The notes beneath the pieces were generated by a model. That model did no database searches, was not told where the DNA came from, and saw only the letters and a program-made list of their open reading frames with translations. Positions 1 to 7,770 of a stretch of 10,824 nucleotides of DNA are shown in pieces. A program made the translations under genes and the position numbers. Within the stretch, counting starts at the first letter, position 1. Each line of letters opens with the position of its first letter. Origin of the DNA: an uncultured Nitrososphaerota archaeon (GTDB lineage Archaea; Korarchaeota; Korarchaeia; Korarchaeales; Korarchaeaceae); contig CAZUBM010000039.1 of assembly GCA_964618805.1 (NCBI GenBank), positions 1 to 10,824 of the forward strand. Direction: 5' to 3'.

Positions 1-272
1 ATTCTGACATCGAATATGTGATCCTTAGGGAAGTAGGAGCTATCTCTGAGGAAACTCCATTAGTGACTACTGTTCACGATCTTCAAATCGTTCCCACTAT
101 TCCAATTCGAGAGAACGACGTACCTGTAGACATTATTGTTACACCTAGCCGTGTGATTAGATGTCCTAGAAGACCTAGACCAAAGCATGTGATCTGGTCT
201 ATGGTATCACGAGAAATGATGGAAGCTATACCTCTACTGAAAGACCTAAGGAAGAGAGCAGGTTCAGGTTAG
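1..272 (+). CDS. 5-formyltetrahydrofolate cyclo-ligase family paralog (COG0212 / MTHFSD-like), 3' part; truncated by the window edge
   Basis: The frame is open from base 3 (SDIEYVILREVGAISEETPLVTTVHDLQIV...DVPVDIIVTPSRVI), matching the family pattern DxEY.IL.E.G.....TP.VTTVH..Q and D.PVD.IVTP. The GTG at 18 is internal, not the start. Stop TAG at 270-272. Confidence 0.85.
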   Translation, partial: SDIEYVILREVGAISEETPLVTTVHDLQIVPTIPIRENDVPVDIIVTPSRVIRCPRRPRPKHVIWSMVSREMMEAIPLLKDLRKRAGSG

Positions 273-274
273 AA

Positions 275-424
275 AAAACAAGAGAGGGTGTGTTTGAGAT
301 TTATAGGTACTACTATGATTTAGAAGAACTTACTTCCCTTCTAGAGAGTGTATTTGGCGAAATAATGCATTTAGAGACCACAAAATACAAGATGACAAGT
401 GTAGCTAGAAAATTTGAGATTTAG
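275..424 (+). pseudogene. Possible 3' gene remnant or small ORF (GTG at 290 gives 44 aa); weakly resembles the C-terminus of class I SAM methyltransferases
   Basis: My manual translation gives KTREGVFEIYRYYYDLEELTSLLESVFGEIMHLETTKYKMTSVARKFEI* (TAG 422-424). Composition is protein-like and the ORF is below the track cut-off. The family call is from recall only. Confidence 0.35.
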
Positions 425-440
425 ATTCTGAAGGCTTGCT

Positions 441-448
441 TTTTAAAA
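441..448 (+). promoter_or_regulatory. Putative archaeal TATA box for the HAD gene
   Basis: TTTTAAAA about 50 nt upstream of ATG 499; GGAG RBS-like motif at 487-490. Confidence 0.35.
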
Positions 449-498
449 GTTAAGGGCGTAGGATGCTGAAGAGTCAGTTGTAATATGGAGATTCGACT

Positions 499-1134
499 AT
501 GAGAGATTCCAAGAAGCTAAGATCGGTCCAAGCCATACTATTTGATATGGATGGTGTGCTGATAGAGAGTAGCAGGGCTTGGTATTATACTATGAATCTC
601 ATTTTAGAAAAGCACAGGCTTCCCAAGATAAGTTGGAACGTATTCCTGAAACACCTTGGACAAAGCATAGAAAAGGATGTGGAGACTTTCTTTAAGATGT
701 TCACAGTTGAACAACTCAAACAGCTGTATATTAAGCACTTTCCAAGATTTATAGACCTTATAGACCTGATGCCAAGTGCAAAGAATGTTCTAAAGAAGAT
801 AAATCGCTCTGGACTAAAGACAGGCTGTGTGACCAATACTCCAAAGACTCTTGCCCTTAAGATTTTGAAAAGCTTTGAACTACTTGATTTTTTAGGTGTA
901 GTGATATGTGGAGACGAGGTATCTCTTCAAAAACCACATCCAGAGCCCATTTTAAGAGCTTTGAGCACCTTAAGAGTTTCACCTGAAAAGGCTTGCTTTG
1001 TTGGAGATACCATTTATGATATAGAGGCCGCAAACAGGGCAGGATGCATTCCAATAGGTCTTAAGGTTGAGTCAGACATCAAAATAAATTCTTTAAGAGA
1101 ACTCATTCATTTATTGGGGTTAGAATCTCTATAG
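499..1134 (+). CDS. HAD-superfamily hydrolase, subfamily IA (phosphoglycolate phosphatase-like)
   Basis: Motif I ILFDMDGVL, motif II VTN, motif III KPHPEP, motif IV FVGDTIYDIEAA; 211 aa. Confidence 0.92.
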   Translation: MRDSKKLRSVQAILFDMDGVLIESSRAWYYTMNLILEKHRLPKISWNVFLKHLGQSIEKDVETFFKMFTVEQLKQLYIKHFPRFIDLIDLMPSAKNVLKKINRSGLKTGCVTNTPKTLALKILKSFELLDFLGVVICGDEVSLQKPHPEPILRALSTLRVSPEKACFVGDTIYDIEAANRAGCIPIGLKVESDIKINSLRELIHLLGLESL

Positions 1135-1156
1135 AACTCTCTAAGTGTGCTCTTTA

Positions 1157-1618
1157 CTAATTTGATGTAATTTCTTCATTTATTCTTCTCTCTATAGGAG
1201 CGATATAGCGTCTCAGCGTGAGGGACCATGATGTTACTGAAATAGAGCTTAGAGCCATTGCTAGACTAGCGTGCATCGGATAAAGCTTACCAAAAGCTGC
1301 AAGAGGAATCAAGATAGTGTTGTAGCCGAAGGCCCACGCAAGGTTCTGCATAACTTGCTTTACTGTTCTCTTGCTGAGCTGAATAGCTGCGACCATATCT
1401 CTCAGATCATTCCTTATCAGAATTATGTCCCCGGACTCTATTGCCACGTCGGTTCCGCTTCCTATGGTAAATCCCACGTCTGCCTGAGTTAGGGCGGGAG
1501 CGTCGTTTACGCCACCCCCTACCATTCTAACAAGGTGTCCCTTCTCCTGCAGCTCAGAAATTTTACTGGCTTTCTCGCTAGGAAGGACTTCTGCAAGGAC
1601 ATCATCAATAACAAGCTC
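1157..1618 (-). pseudogene. copA: 3' fragment of a P1B-type heavy-metal (Cu-type, CopA-like) ATPase
   Basis: The frame extends upstream of ORF 1157..1525 as ELVIDDVLAEVLPSEKASKISELQEKGHLVRMVGGGVNDAPALTQADVG...GSGTDVAIESGDIIL...QNLAWAFGYN..IPLAA...AMALSSISV. The hinge motif GDGxND is changed to GGGVND. The A-domain, CPC and DKTGT regions are absent. YN and MxxSS suggest the Cu(I) class. Confidence 0.9.
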
Positions 1619-1898
1619 GACCTCTATGGAAGAGTTTATCTACCCAAGCTTTTCTGCGCACACTATTGCTTTTGGATGACCTGATCGCATGTCCTCCTCA
1701 TTGTACAATATCTGCCTTTGAGGGTTGCTGAGCTCAACGAAATCCCTGTCTGTAACTCTGATCCTTTCTACTCCTGCTCTGACAAGCAACTGAGCCGCTG
1801 CTGATCCGAGAGCACCACATCCAATGATGGCAACAGAGCTTTTTCTGACCTTCAGAACCTATTTCTGGTAAGACAATTTGTCTACTGTACCTCTCCAG
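1616..1898 (-). pseudogene. 5' fragment of a MoeB/ThiF/UbaA-family E1-like adenylyltransferase (frameshift, nonsense codon and truncation)
   Basis: Manual translation gives (L)ERYSRQIVLPEIGSEGQKKL, then a frameshift at about 1836-1845, then SVAIIGCGALGSAAAQLLVRAGVERIRVTDRDFVELSNPQRQILYNEEDMRSGHPKAIVCAEKLG*INSSIEVE. It carries RYSRQ, GxGxxG and D.D.VE.SN(L)QRQ (L changed to P), with an in-frame TAG at 1640-1642. Confidence 0.9.
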
Positions 1899-2055
1899 TC
1901 ATTTGGGAATTAGAGGCATCATACACCGAGGATGCTTGGGGTCCAAGGATTTAGGTTTTCCTGAGACGAATGCAACGGCTTAGTTGTTAAGCATATTGCT
2001 AAGAGAGGATTGCACCAACTCATTTTTTAGTTTCAGTTAACCGGTTAGAAAGGAA

Positions 2056-3504
2056 ATGTCCCTTGAAGAGTTGGCATTAAGATATGAGGATCTAAGAGCC
2101 AAGTTAAGTGAGCAGTTCTACTTTCAGAAAGCAGGGCTTCCTTTTGATAGAGATCTAATGAGGCATTTGTCAGACGAGATATCAAAGGTCTGTCTAGAGT
2201 TTCTGCAGAAGTACAAAGAACCGAGGAGCATGTATATAGAATCCGTCAGTACAATTGCCCAATCCGAGTCCCTAGAGGCAATGTTAGAGTTTGAGGAGAA
2301 GAGAATGGCTATCATCTACACAGAGAAGTACCAATTAGATGGAAAGAAGGTCAATTGGGGTAATTGGAGACAATTCAACTCAAAAGTTGATGATCCTTCC
2401 AAGAGAAAAGAGGTATTTGATGAGTTCCTGACAAAAGCTCCAGCTCTTGCCCCTTGGGTTGAGAAGAGGTTCAGAATTTCAAAAGAGGTTTATGCAAGGT
2501 ATGGTCTGACCCCGTTAGATGCATATCTAGAGTTAGAAGGTTTTGGATACGATGAACTCAGAGAATTACTCATGAAACTTGGAGATGGCGCGAGAGAGGC
2601 CTTCTTAGCTGCCGCTGAGCATTATGCGCCTCAGGTTCTTGGGAAGAAAAAGTATGAGTATTACGACGATTACTACACTTGGAGAGGGCGTATATACAGG
2701 CCATTGAACAAGTATTTCGAAGGGATGGACCCTGTTAAGAAGGTTTTGGAACTATTAACTTCTATGGGGTTTGACCCTAAGAAAATCAAAGTTGACGATG
2801 AAGATAGGGAGAAGAAGAGTCCAAGCGCTTTTTGTTTCAGCATAAGGGTTCCTGATGACGTTAGGGTAGTTTTCAGAAGGGTATCTCCCTTCTCTGATTT
2901 CGGAAGCGTTTTTCATGAGTTCGGCCACGGCATACACGGGATAAGCGCTAACCCTGAGGATCCTGTTTGGAAGAGGTACATAGTACCTATGAATGTAGCC
3001 GAGACCTTCAGTTACCTGATAGAAAGCATGCTTGAGGAACCTTTATTCCTACAGGAGGAACTGAACCTTGGTAAAGCGGAGATAAACGACATCTTGGACA
3101 GGAGAAAGTTCATGAAGCTTGCTTTCCTGACTTTTTATGCAGCAAACGGCATCATGAAGATGGAGTTCTGGAGAAAGGGATACAATGCTGAGGAAGCTGC
3201 AAAGAGGTGGCAGGAACTTACAAAGAGGTTCTTCTTAGAGGTTCCTGGCAGTTACTGGTTATTACATCACATAATGCCAAATTACGAGATGTATTCTCCA
3301 AGCTATGTGATAGCGGCCCTTAGGGTTATGACCATTAAAAAGAGGCTAAGGGAAGAATTCGGAGAGAAATGGTGGAAACACCCCGGAGCTGGAAGATTCA
3401 TAAAGGAACTTGCTGAAACTAGGGGCGAATTCAACGTTAGAGAGTGGAAGTTGGACCCAGATGGCTATCTAAAGGAATATACTGCTTTAAGCTTCCTAAC
3501 ATAG
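2056..3504 (+). CDS. Zinc metallopeptidase, gluzincin type (M3 / oligoendopeptidase F-like)
   Basis: HEXXH in VFHEFGHGIHG, a downstream third-ligand motif AETFS, and upstream DREKKSPSAFCF resembling the M3 R.GK..GA(Y/F) segment; 482 aa; no obvious signal peptide. Confidence 0.8.
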   Translation: MSLEELALRYEDLRAKLSEQFYFQKAGLPFDRDLMRHLSDEISKVCLEFLQKYKEPRSMYIESVSTIAQSESLEAMLEFEEKRMAIIYTEKYQLDGKKVNWGNWRQFNSKVDDPSKRKEVFDEFLTKAPALAPWVEKRFRISKEVYARYGLTPLDAYLELEGFGYDELRELLMKLGDGAREAFLAAAEHYAPQVLGKKKYEYYDDYYTWRGRIYRPLNKYFEGMDPVKKVLELLTSMGFDPKKIKVDDEDREKKSPSAFCFSIRVPDDVRVVFRRVSPFSDFGSVFHEFGHGIHGISANPEDPVWKRYIVPMNVAETFSYLIESMLEEPLFLQEELNLGKAEINDILDRRKFMKLAFLTFYAANGIMKMEFWRKGYNAEEAAKRWQELTKRFFLEVPGSYWLLHHIMPNYEMYSPSYVIAALRVMTIKKRLREEFGEKWWKHPGAGRFIKELAETRGEFNVREWKLDPDGYLKEYTALSFLT

Positions 3505-3553
3505 ATTCTAAATCTCATTAGAAGAGGGGCGCTGTCGATTATCAGCTACATGA

Positions 3554-4765
3554 TTAGCTTAAGACAAATTTCGTGACATCCTCTAAACTTGAGAGAGCTC
3601 TTTCAAGCGCCTTTTCTACATCCAATCTTCTCTCTATTTCTTTTATTTTCTCAATTTTTGCTTTTGTCGCTGGTTTCTTCACGCAAATGGACAGAGTGCC
3701 GCACTCCGGCGGAACTCTTTTGATGGAAATCTCATATGTTCCTATTTCCTTCGCTAGTTCAACGACTTCAAGCTTGTTCATACCTATGAGAGGTCTTAAT
3801 ACCGGAAGTCTCGAGGCTTCATCTATCGTTGCTATGTTATCAAGCGTCTGTGAAGAAACTTGTCCTAGGTCCTCTCCTGTCACGATCGCCTTGGCCCCCA
3901 ACCTCTCAGCAAGAGCATTAGCTACTCTGAGCATCATCCTTCTTTCCAAGATGTAAGCATACTTGATCTCATCTGGCTTAAGAAGAGAAACATCATACGA
4001 TTCCCTGTATACAAACGCTCTGATTTGTTCTCCAGCATGCCAATCCTTAAGAACCTTCATTACATCAATGAACCTCATAAATGAGTCCCTGCTGATTCCA
4101 GAATGAGCATAAAGGGCTATTATGGTAGCTCCTCTCTTCATCAGCATCCAAGCGGCAACTGGAGAATCTATACCGCCAGATATCAGGGCTACAACGCTTC
4201 CCTGAGTTCCAAGAGGGAGTCCTCCCGGCCCCTTGAATTTCTGGGAGTAAATATAGGTCTCATTCCCCCTTGCCTCGACGAACAGCTCGATGTCCGGGGA
4301 CTTCAAATTCACTTCCCTGTCAATTACCTTGCCCACCTGTCTAGCTAGTTCTAAGCTGTTGTATTCCTTAACTCCTACTCTCTTCGTCCTGACAGCAAAG
4401 GTCTTTCCTTCTGGAATCCACTTCTCATAATTTTCCTTACAGAACCTCAGAATGTCTTCTAGCTTAGTAGTTTCAAGTCTGTGGGCTGGTGCTAGCCAAC
4501 TTAGACCAAATATCCTCCTCAAGGAGGTGAGCGCGAGTTCTACATTCTCAAGCTGGACAAAAACCCTGCCTCCCCCTCTGGTTACCTTTTTATAAGGTAT
4601 TTCAGCGTTCTTTAGAGCCGATTTCATGTTTTCAACAAGTTTTTTCTCGAATTTCCTCCTTACAGCATGAGACTTTAAGATTATTTCATCATAAGAAGCT
4701 AGTATTCCATCTACATGCTTCCAAGCTTCTTTTAATTCGATTGTCTCGAGGTAGAGGGGTGACAT
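3554..4765 (-). CDS. thiI: tRNA 4-thiouridine(8) synthase ThiI (NFLD + THUMP + PP-loop, no rhodanese domain)
   Basis: EIILKS at the N-terminus, THUMP TFAVRTKR...VNLKSPD, GPGGLPLGTQG, PP-loop LISGGIDSPVAAW, TGEDLGQVSSQTL, RPLIG; 403 aa. Confidence 0.93.
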   Translation of the reverse strand: MSPLYLETIELKEAWKHVDGILASYDEIILKSHAVRRKFEKKLVENMKSALKNAEIPYKKVTRGGGRVFVQLENVELALTSLRRIFGLSWLAPAHRLETTKLEDILRFCKENYEKWIPEGKTFAVRTKRVGVKEYNSLELARQVGKVIDREVNLKSPDIELFVEARGNETYIYSQKFKGPGGLPLGTQGSVVALISGGIDSPVAAWMLMKRGATIIALYAHSGISRDSFMRFIDVMKVLKDWHAGEQIRAFVYRESYDVSLLKPDEIKYAYILERRMMLRVANALAERLGAKAIVTGEDLGQVSSQTLDNIATIDEASRLPVLRPLIGMNKLEVVELAKEIGTYEISIKRVPPECGTLSICVKKPATKAKIEKIKEIERRLDVEKALERALSSLEDVTKFVLS

Positions 4766-4794
4766 CTTTTACTATCCCTTTGTCTTGAACCCAT

Positions 4795-4802
4795 ATTATA
4801 TA
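4795..4802 (-). promoter_or_regulatory. Putative TATA box for thiI
   Basis: The minus strand reads ccagaac-TATATAAT about 30 nt upstream of ATG 4765, with AAGGGA in between. It lies in what becomes intergenic DNA once the fdhD frameshift is corrected. Confidence 0.45.
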
Positions 4803-4912
4803 GTTCTGGATTGAATCTCTCTATTACATAGGAGTTGTAGACTTTTATCCTATTGTAATGTGTCGAAGGAACCTTTGGTGTAGCGATTTGGAGTCCATTT
4901 GAGGAAGGATTT

Positions 4913-5709
4913 CTATTCAATGCGGTGTGGATGGGTGTAAACATTGAATCTATCCCTCGTGCAAAGCCTATCAGCGTGATTCCTGCCATCTTTGCCAACT
5001 CCAATCCTCGGCTGAGAGGAGCTGAGAGAGATATAACGAGCGGTATGCGAGCCCGAGCGCACTTGAACACTAGCTCCTCAGATAGACGCCCACTTACAGC
5101 TAAAATTTTGTCATCTAGCCGGATTTCTTCTATAAGGGAACTCCCAATCGCCTTGTCCACAGCATTGTGCCTTCCTACATCCTCAGAGTAGATTAGAAGT
5201 TCTCCTTCTGTGTTGAATAAAGCTGCTGAATGTGTTCCTCCCGTTGTCCTGTATGTCATTGAAGCTTTGTTTAGAGAAATCGATAGGTCTCTGATGATAT
5301 CCTTAGGAATGGTAAGATCATTTGAGAAGATCTCCTCTGATACCTCTTTAATGTAAGATATCCTTTTCAGCGCAATAGTTGACGTGCAACTATCTGATAG
5401 GAACCTTCCGATTTTGGGCAATCTCCTCCCTATATCCTCATCCTCTCTTATCTTGACCTCTATGCTATCGTCATTAATGACAACTCTTTTTACTTCCCTT
5501 GCCGAGTTTATTAGGCCCTCAGAGTAAAGAAAACCGATTGACCATTCTTTTAACTGGAAAGGAGTTAGCACAGCTGTCATGTAAAGGTTTTCATTAACAT
5601 AAAGATCGAACAAACCCTCTGAGGCAACTTCAACATCCGTCTGAAGCTTAGTACCGTACTTTAAGTCAAATTTCAGCGCTTTCCATTTAACCAGCTGATG
5701 TAGCGACAT
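4913..5709 (-). CDS. fdhD: FdhD/NarQ-family sulfurtransferase (formate dehydrogenase accessory protein) with a 1-nt frameshift at about 4954-4956; ancestral stop at 4913-4915
   Basis: IGFLYSEGLI, TGGTHSAAL, EDVGRHNAVDKAIG, SGRLSEELVFKCARARIP, SAP, ITLIGFARG. Adding one G to the GGG run restores the canonical end GDRFNVYTHPHRIE*. As written, the ORF runs on to 4732 with an unrelated tail. Confidence 0.88.
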
Positions 5710-5738
5710 CTAGACCAATGAACCATTGAGATAGTCCC

Positions 5739-5747
5739 TTATTAATA
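5739..5747 (-). promoter_or_regulatory. Putative TATA box for fdhD
   Basis: Minus-strand TATTAATAA about 30 nt upstream of ATG 5709. Confidence 0.4.
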
Positions 5748-5895
5748 CCTATTAACTTCATAAGGCCCTGGGATGAGTTAAGACGGATCACACGCCAAAA
5801 ATCCATTCAAGACTGAATTTTCTGTTTAACTTTCTTAGATAGAGCTTTTAGAAGACTTCTGTTCGAATCTAAAAGGATCGTAATACTTCGGTAGT

Positions 5896-6747
5896 CTATT
5901 CAAACAAACTCAAGAACTCTTTCGGAATGGAGCAACAGGCTGGCACCTTTTTCAGCCCATACTTCTCAGCAATCTGCCATCTCGGAACCGCAATTCTATC
6001 CGCTAACCCTTCTCTTAGAATAATTTCGTCTAGCTTCTTCTTGTATTCGGGAGGTCTCATACACCCCAAAGCTATTTCTCCGCTAAATCTCTTTCTAGCG
6101 TATCGAAATAGGTTAACCACCCCTTCAACTGGAGGAGGGGATATTGCCTCCATTGGCGTTCCCTTGGTTGGCATAAATACTATGAAGATCAGGACATAAG
6201 GGTCGAAATCCAGCAGCACCTCTAATGACTCTTGCTCCATATCGATTTTGCCATAGTGAAACCCTACAGGAATGTGTGGTGCCACGTAAGGAGGTCCCTC
6301 CTCCACCAACCATTTTAGCCCATTTAAGAAGTCCTCCTTTGCCCTCTCGAGGTGCATAACATCCTTTATCACTATAGGATCCATGACGAACTCATAGTCT
6401 ACGATATCTACACCCGCTTCTTCAAGAGCCATTGCAAGTTGTCTTGAAACGATCCCAGGATGTACACTGATAACTAGGTTAAAGTCTCTCTTGATTTCCT
6501 TGATTGTAGGAAGAAAAGGTTGTATCGGCAGCTCTCCCTTAGAGTTGAAACCTCCGCTTATTAGCAAACCCTTTGCCCCTCTTCCATATAGCTTACCCGC
6601 AAGCTTGTACAACTGATGCGGAGATAGCGCAGGAAACATGCCACCTAAGTAATGGGCTTTGCAGTAGTCGCACATGAGAGAGCATTTCATTCCTGTAATG
6701 CTTATGGCAGGATATGTTTGTCCAGGAATGTAGGCCGTTGCTACCAA
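5896..6747 (-). CDS. lipS1: Radical SAM lipoyl synthase subunit LipS1 (non-LipA type)
   Basis: SITGMKCSLMCDYC (CX3CX2C), plus the LipS1 motifs GC(M/A)R (LGCMRP) and C-terminal CC (PACCS). TTG start preceded by GAGGTG, 2 nt after the lipS2 stop. Confidence 0.88.
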   Translation of the reverse strand: MVATAYIPGQTYPAISITGMKCSLMCDYCKAHYLGGMFPALSPHQLYKLAGKLYGRGAKGLLISGGFNSKGELPIQPFLPTIKEIKRDFNLVISVHPGIVSRQLAMALEEAGVDIVDYEFVMDPIVIKDVMHLERAKEDFLNGLKWLVEEGPPYVAPHIPVGFHYGKIDMEQESLEVLLDFDPYVLIFIVFMPTKGTPMEAISPPPVEGVVNLFRYARKRFSGEIALGCMRPPEYKKKLDEIILREGLADRIAVPRWQIAEKYGLKKVPACCSIPKEFLSLFE

Positions 6748-6749
6748 GT

Positions 6750-7718
6750 TCAGACCACCTCTGGGTTTAGTCCGGCCCTCGATAATTGTCTCTTTATAGC
6801 ATTGATGTCTTTCTCAATCAGGGAGACTGAAGGATAATTGTAGATCAGAGCAGGACTCTCGTTATAGAATGGCCTATTGCACCCTGGACAACCGCTCGTC
6901 AGAAAGGAAAACCTTATTCTGTTAAGCCATGGTCCTTGCTTCAAAACAACCTTTCCTTTCTCGAAATAGGCAACCTCATTAAGCTTGTAACCTTTTGAGA
7001 GTAGAGATCTCAGTATTTGTATTATCCTATATCTTATGATATCGGGCCTCCCGTTCTTCTCTGCAGGAGTCCCGGCCAAGGGAGTGAAGGCGAACAAGGA
7101 TACTTCTGCTCCTACGTCATAAACTCTTTGCATAGCCTCTGCAAATTCTGTTTCTGTCTCTCCTAGCCCGAAGATTAAATGGACATTAACCTTCCTCTTG
7201 CCGAATACACGAATGGAATCCGTTATGAAATTCCAATACTCCTCCCATGTATAAGGTTTCTTTATCTTAGCAAGAACCCTTGGAGATGCAGCATCAAGAC
7301 CTACTCCAATGAAATCCACCCCGGCCCATTTAGCCCTCTCCAAAAACTCCTTACTAACAGGAGAGATTGAAAGAGAGATTGGTAGGCTGATGCTAGCTCT
7401 CCTCACCCTATTTACGATATATAAGAGCTCTTCCTCAAAGTTCTCCTTGATAATGCTCTGAATGCAGAGCCTACTGAACTTTTTCTCGTTTTGAAGGACA
7501 CGTTCTATTATTGTATCTAATTCTACAGCTGGCCATCTGATCCTAGAAAGCAGATCTTTGCTTGAAGAACTATTCTTGCTCTGCGAACAGAATGTGCAGG
7601 AGGCCAAGCAACCAAAAGGTGAGTACTGCAACAAATAGACCGTCTTGGGAACCTCTAACATCTTTAGATCAATCATGCCTAGCTGTGCAAGTGTGCCTAC
7701 AGAGGCTCGAATCAGCAT
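6750..7718 (-). CDS. lipS2: Radical SAM lipoyl synthase subunit LipS2 (non-LipA type)
   Basis: CLASCTFC (CX3CX2C), LSRIRWP, and the LipS2 motif TxGCPxC(N/D)RP (LTSGCPGCNRPFYNE). I place the start at ATG 7718 (MLIRASVGT), preceded by GGTGGT, rather than at 7760. Confidence 0.88.
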   Translation of the reverse strand: MLIRASVGTLAQLGMIDLKMLEVPKTVYLLQYSPFGCLASCTFCSQSKNSSSSKDLLSRIRWPAVELDTIIERVLQNEKKFSRLCIQSIIKENFEEELLYIVNRVRRASISLPISLSISPVSKEFLERAKWAGVDFIGVGLDAASPRVLAKIKKPYTWEEYWNFITDSIRVFGKRKVNVHLIFGLGETETEFAEAMQRVYDVGAEVSLFAFTPLAGTPAEKNGRPDIIRYRIIQILRSLLSKGYKLNEVAYFEKGKVVLKQGPWLNRIRFSFLTSGCPGCNRPFYNESPALIYNYPSVSLIEKDINAIKRQLSRAGLNPEVV

Positions 7719-7758
7719 TTGACCACCACGGCTCCTGTTCGGTATCTGAGTTGCACAC

Positions 7759-7770
7759 AAAAATATATGT
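7759..7770. promoter_or_regulatory. AT-rich, probably shared TATA element between the divergent lipS2 and lplA
   Basis: AAAAATATATGT is the only strongly TATA-like tract in the 73-nt gap (7719-7791). It lies about 23 nt from lplA ATG 7792 and about 42 nt from lipS2 ATG 7718. Confidence 0.45.

Noticed and set aside
585-1054. Minus-strand ORFs 585..836 and 857..1054
   Set aside because: They are antisense shadows of the HAD gene with no recognisable motifs.
1271-1492. Plus-strand 73-aa ORF rich in Cys and His
   Set aside because: It is antisense to the clearly homologous copA fragment and has no coherent metal-binding motif.
1640-1642. In-frame TAG here (and TGA/TAG at 9058 and 8971) as pyrrolysine or selenocysteine recoding
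   Set aside because: These stops occur with frameshifts, truncations or motif-breaking substitutions and not at recognisable catalytic positions, so decay is the simpler explanation.
2124-2937. Minus-strand ORFs 2124..2315 and 2755..2937
   Set aside because: They are antisense to the peptidase gene.
4732-4912. C-terminal extension of FdhD as a novel domain
   Set aside because: It is explained by a 1-nt frameshift; the canonical C-terminus and stop are present in the adjacent frame.
5769-5816. Possible C/D-box sRNA (GGGATGA ... CTGA) between fdhD and lipS1
   Set aside because: The C box is imperfect and there are no recognisable internal D'/C' boxes or terminal stem.
5845-5875. Inverted repeat CTTTTAGA-N15-TCTAAAAG downstream of lipS1
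   Set aside because: An AT-rich 8-bp stem with a long loop is too weak to call a terminator or operator.
5896-7760. Annotation of the two radical SAM genes as biotin synthase BioB or classical LipA
   Set aside because: They lack the LipA CX4CX5C motif, carry LipS1/LipS2-specific motifs and adjoin lipoate ligase genes.
7719-7760. 14-residue N-terminal extension of LipS2 from 7760
   Set aside because: That start falls inside the TATA-like tract, whereas ATG 7718 has an RBS and a family-like start.
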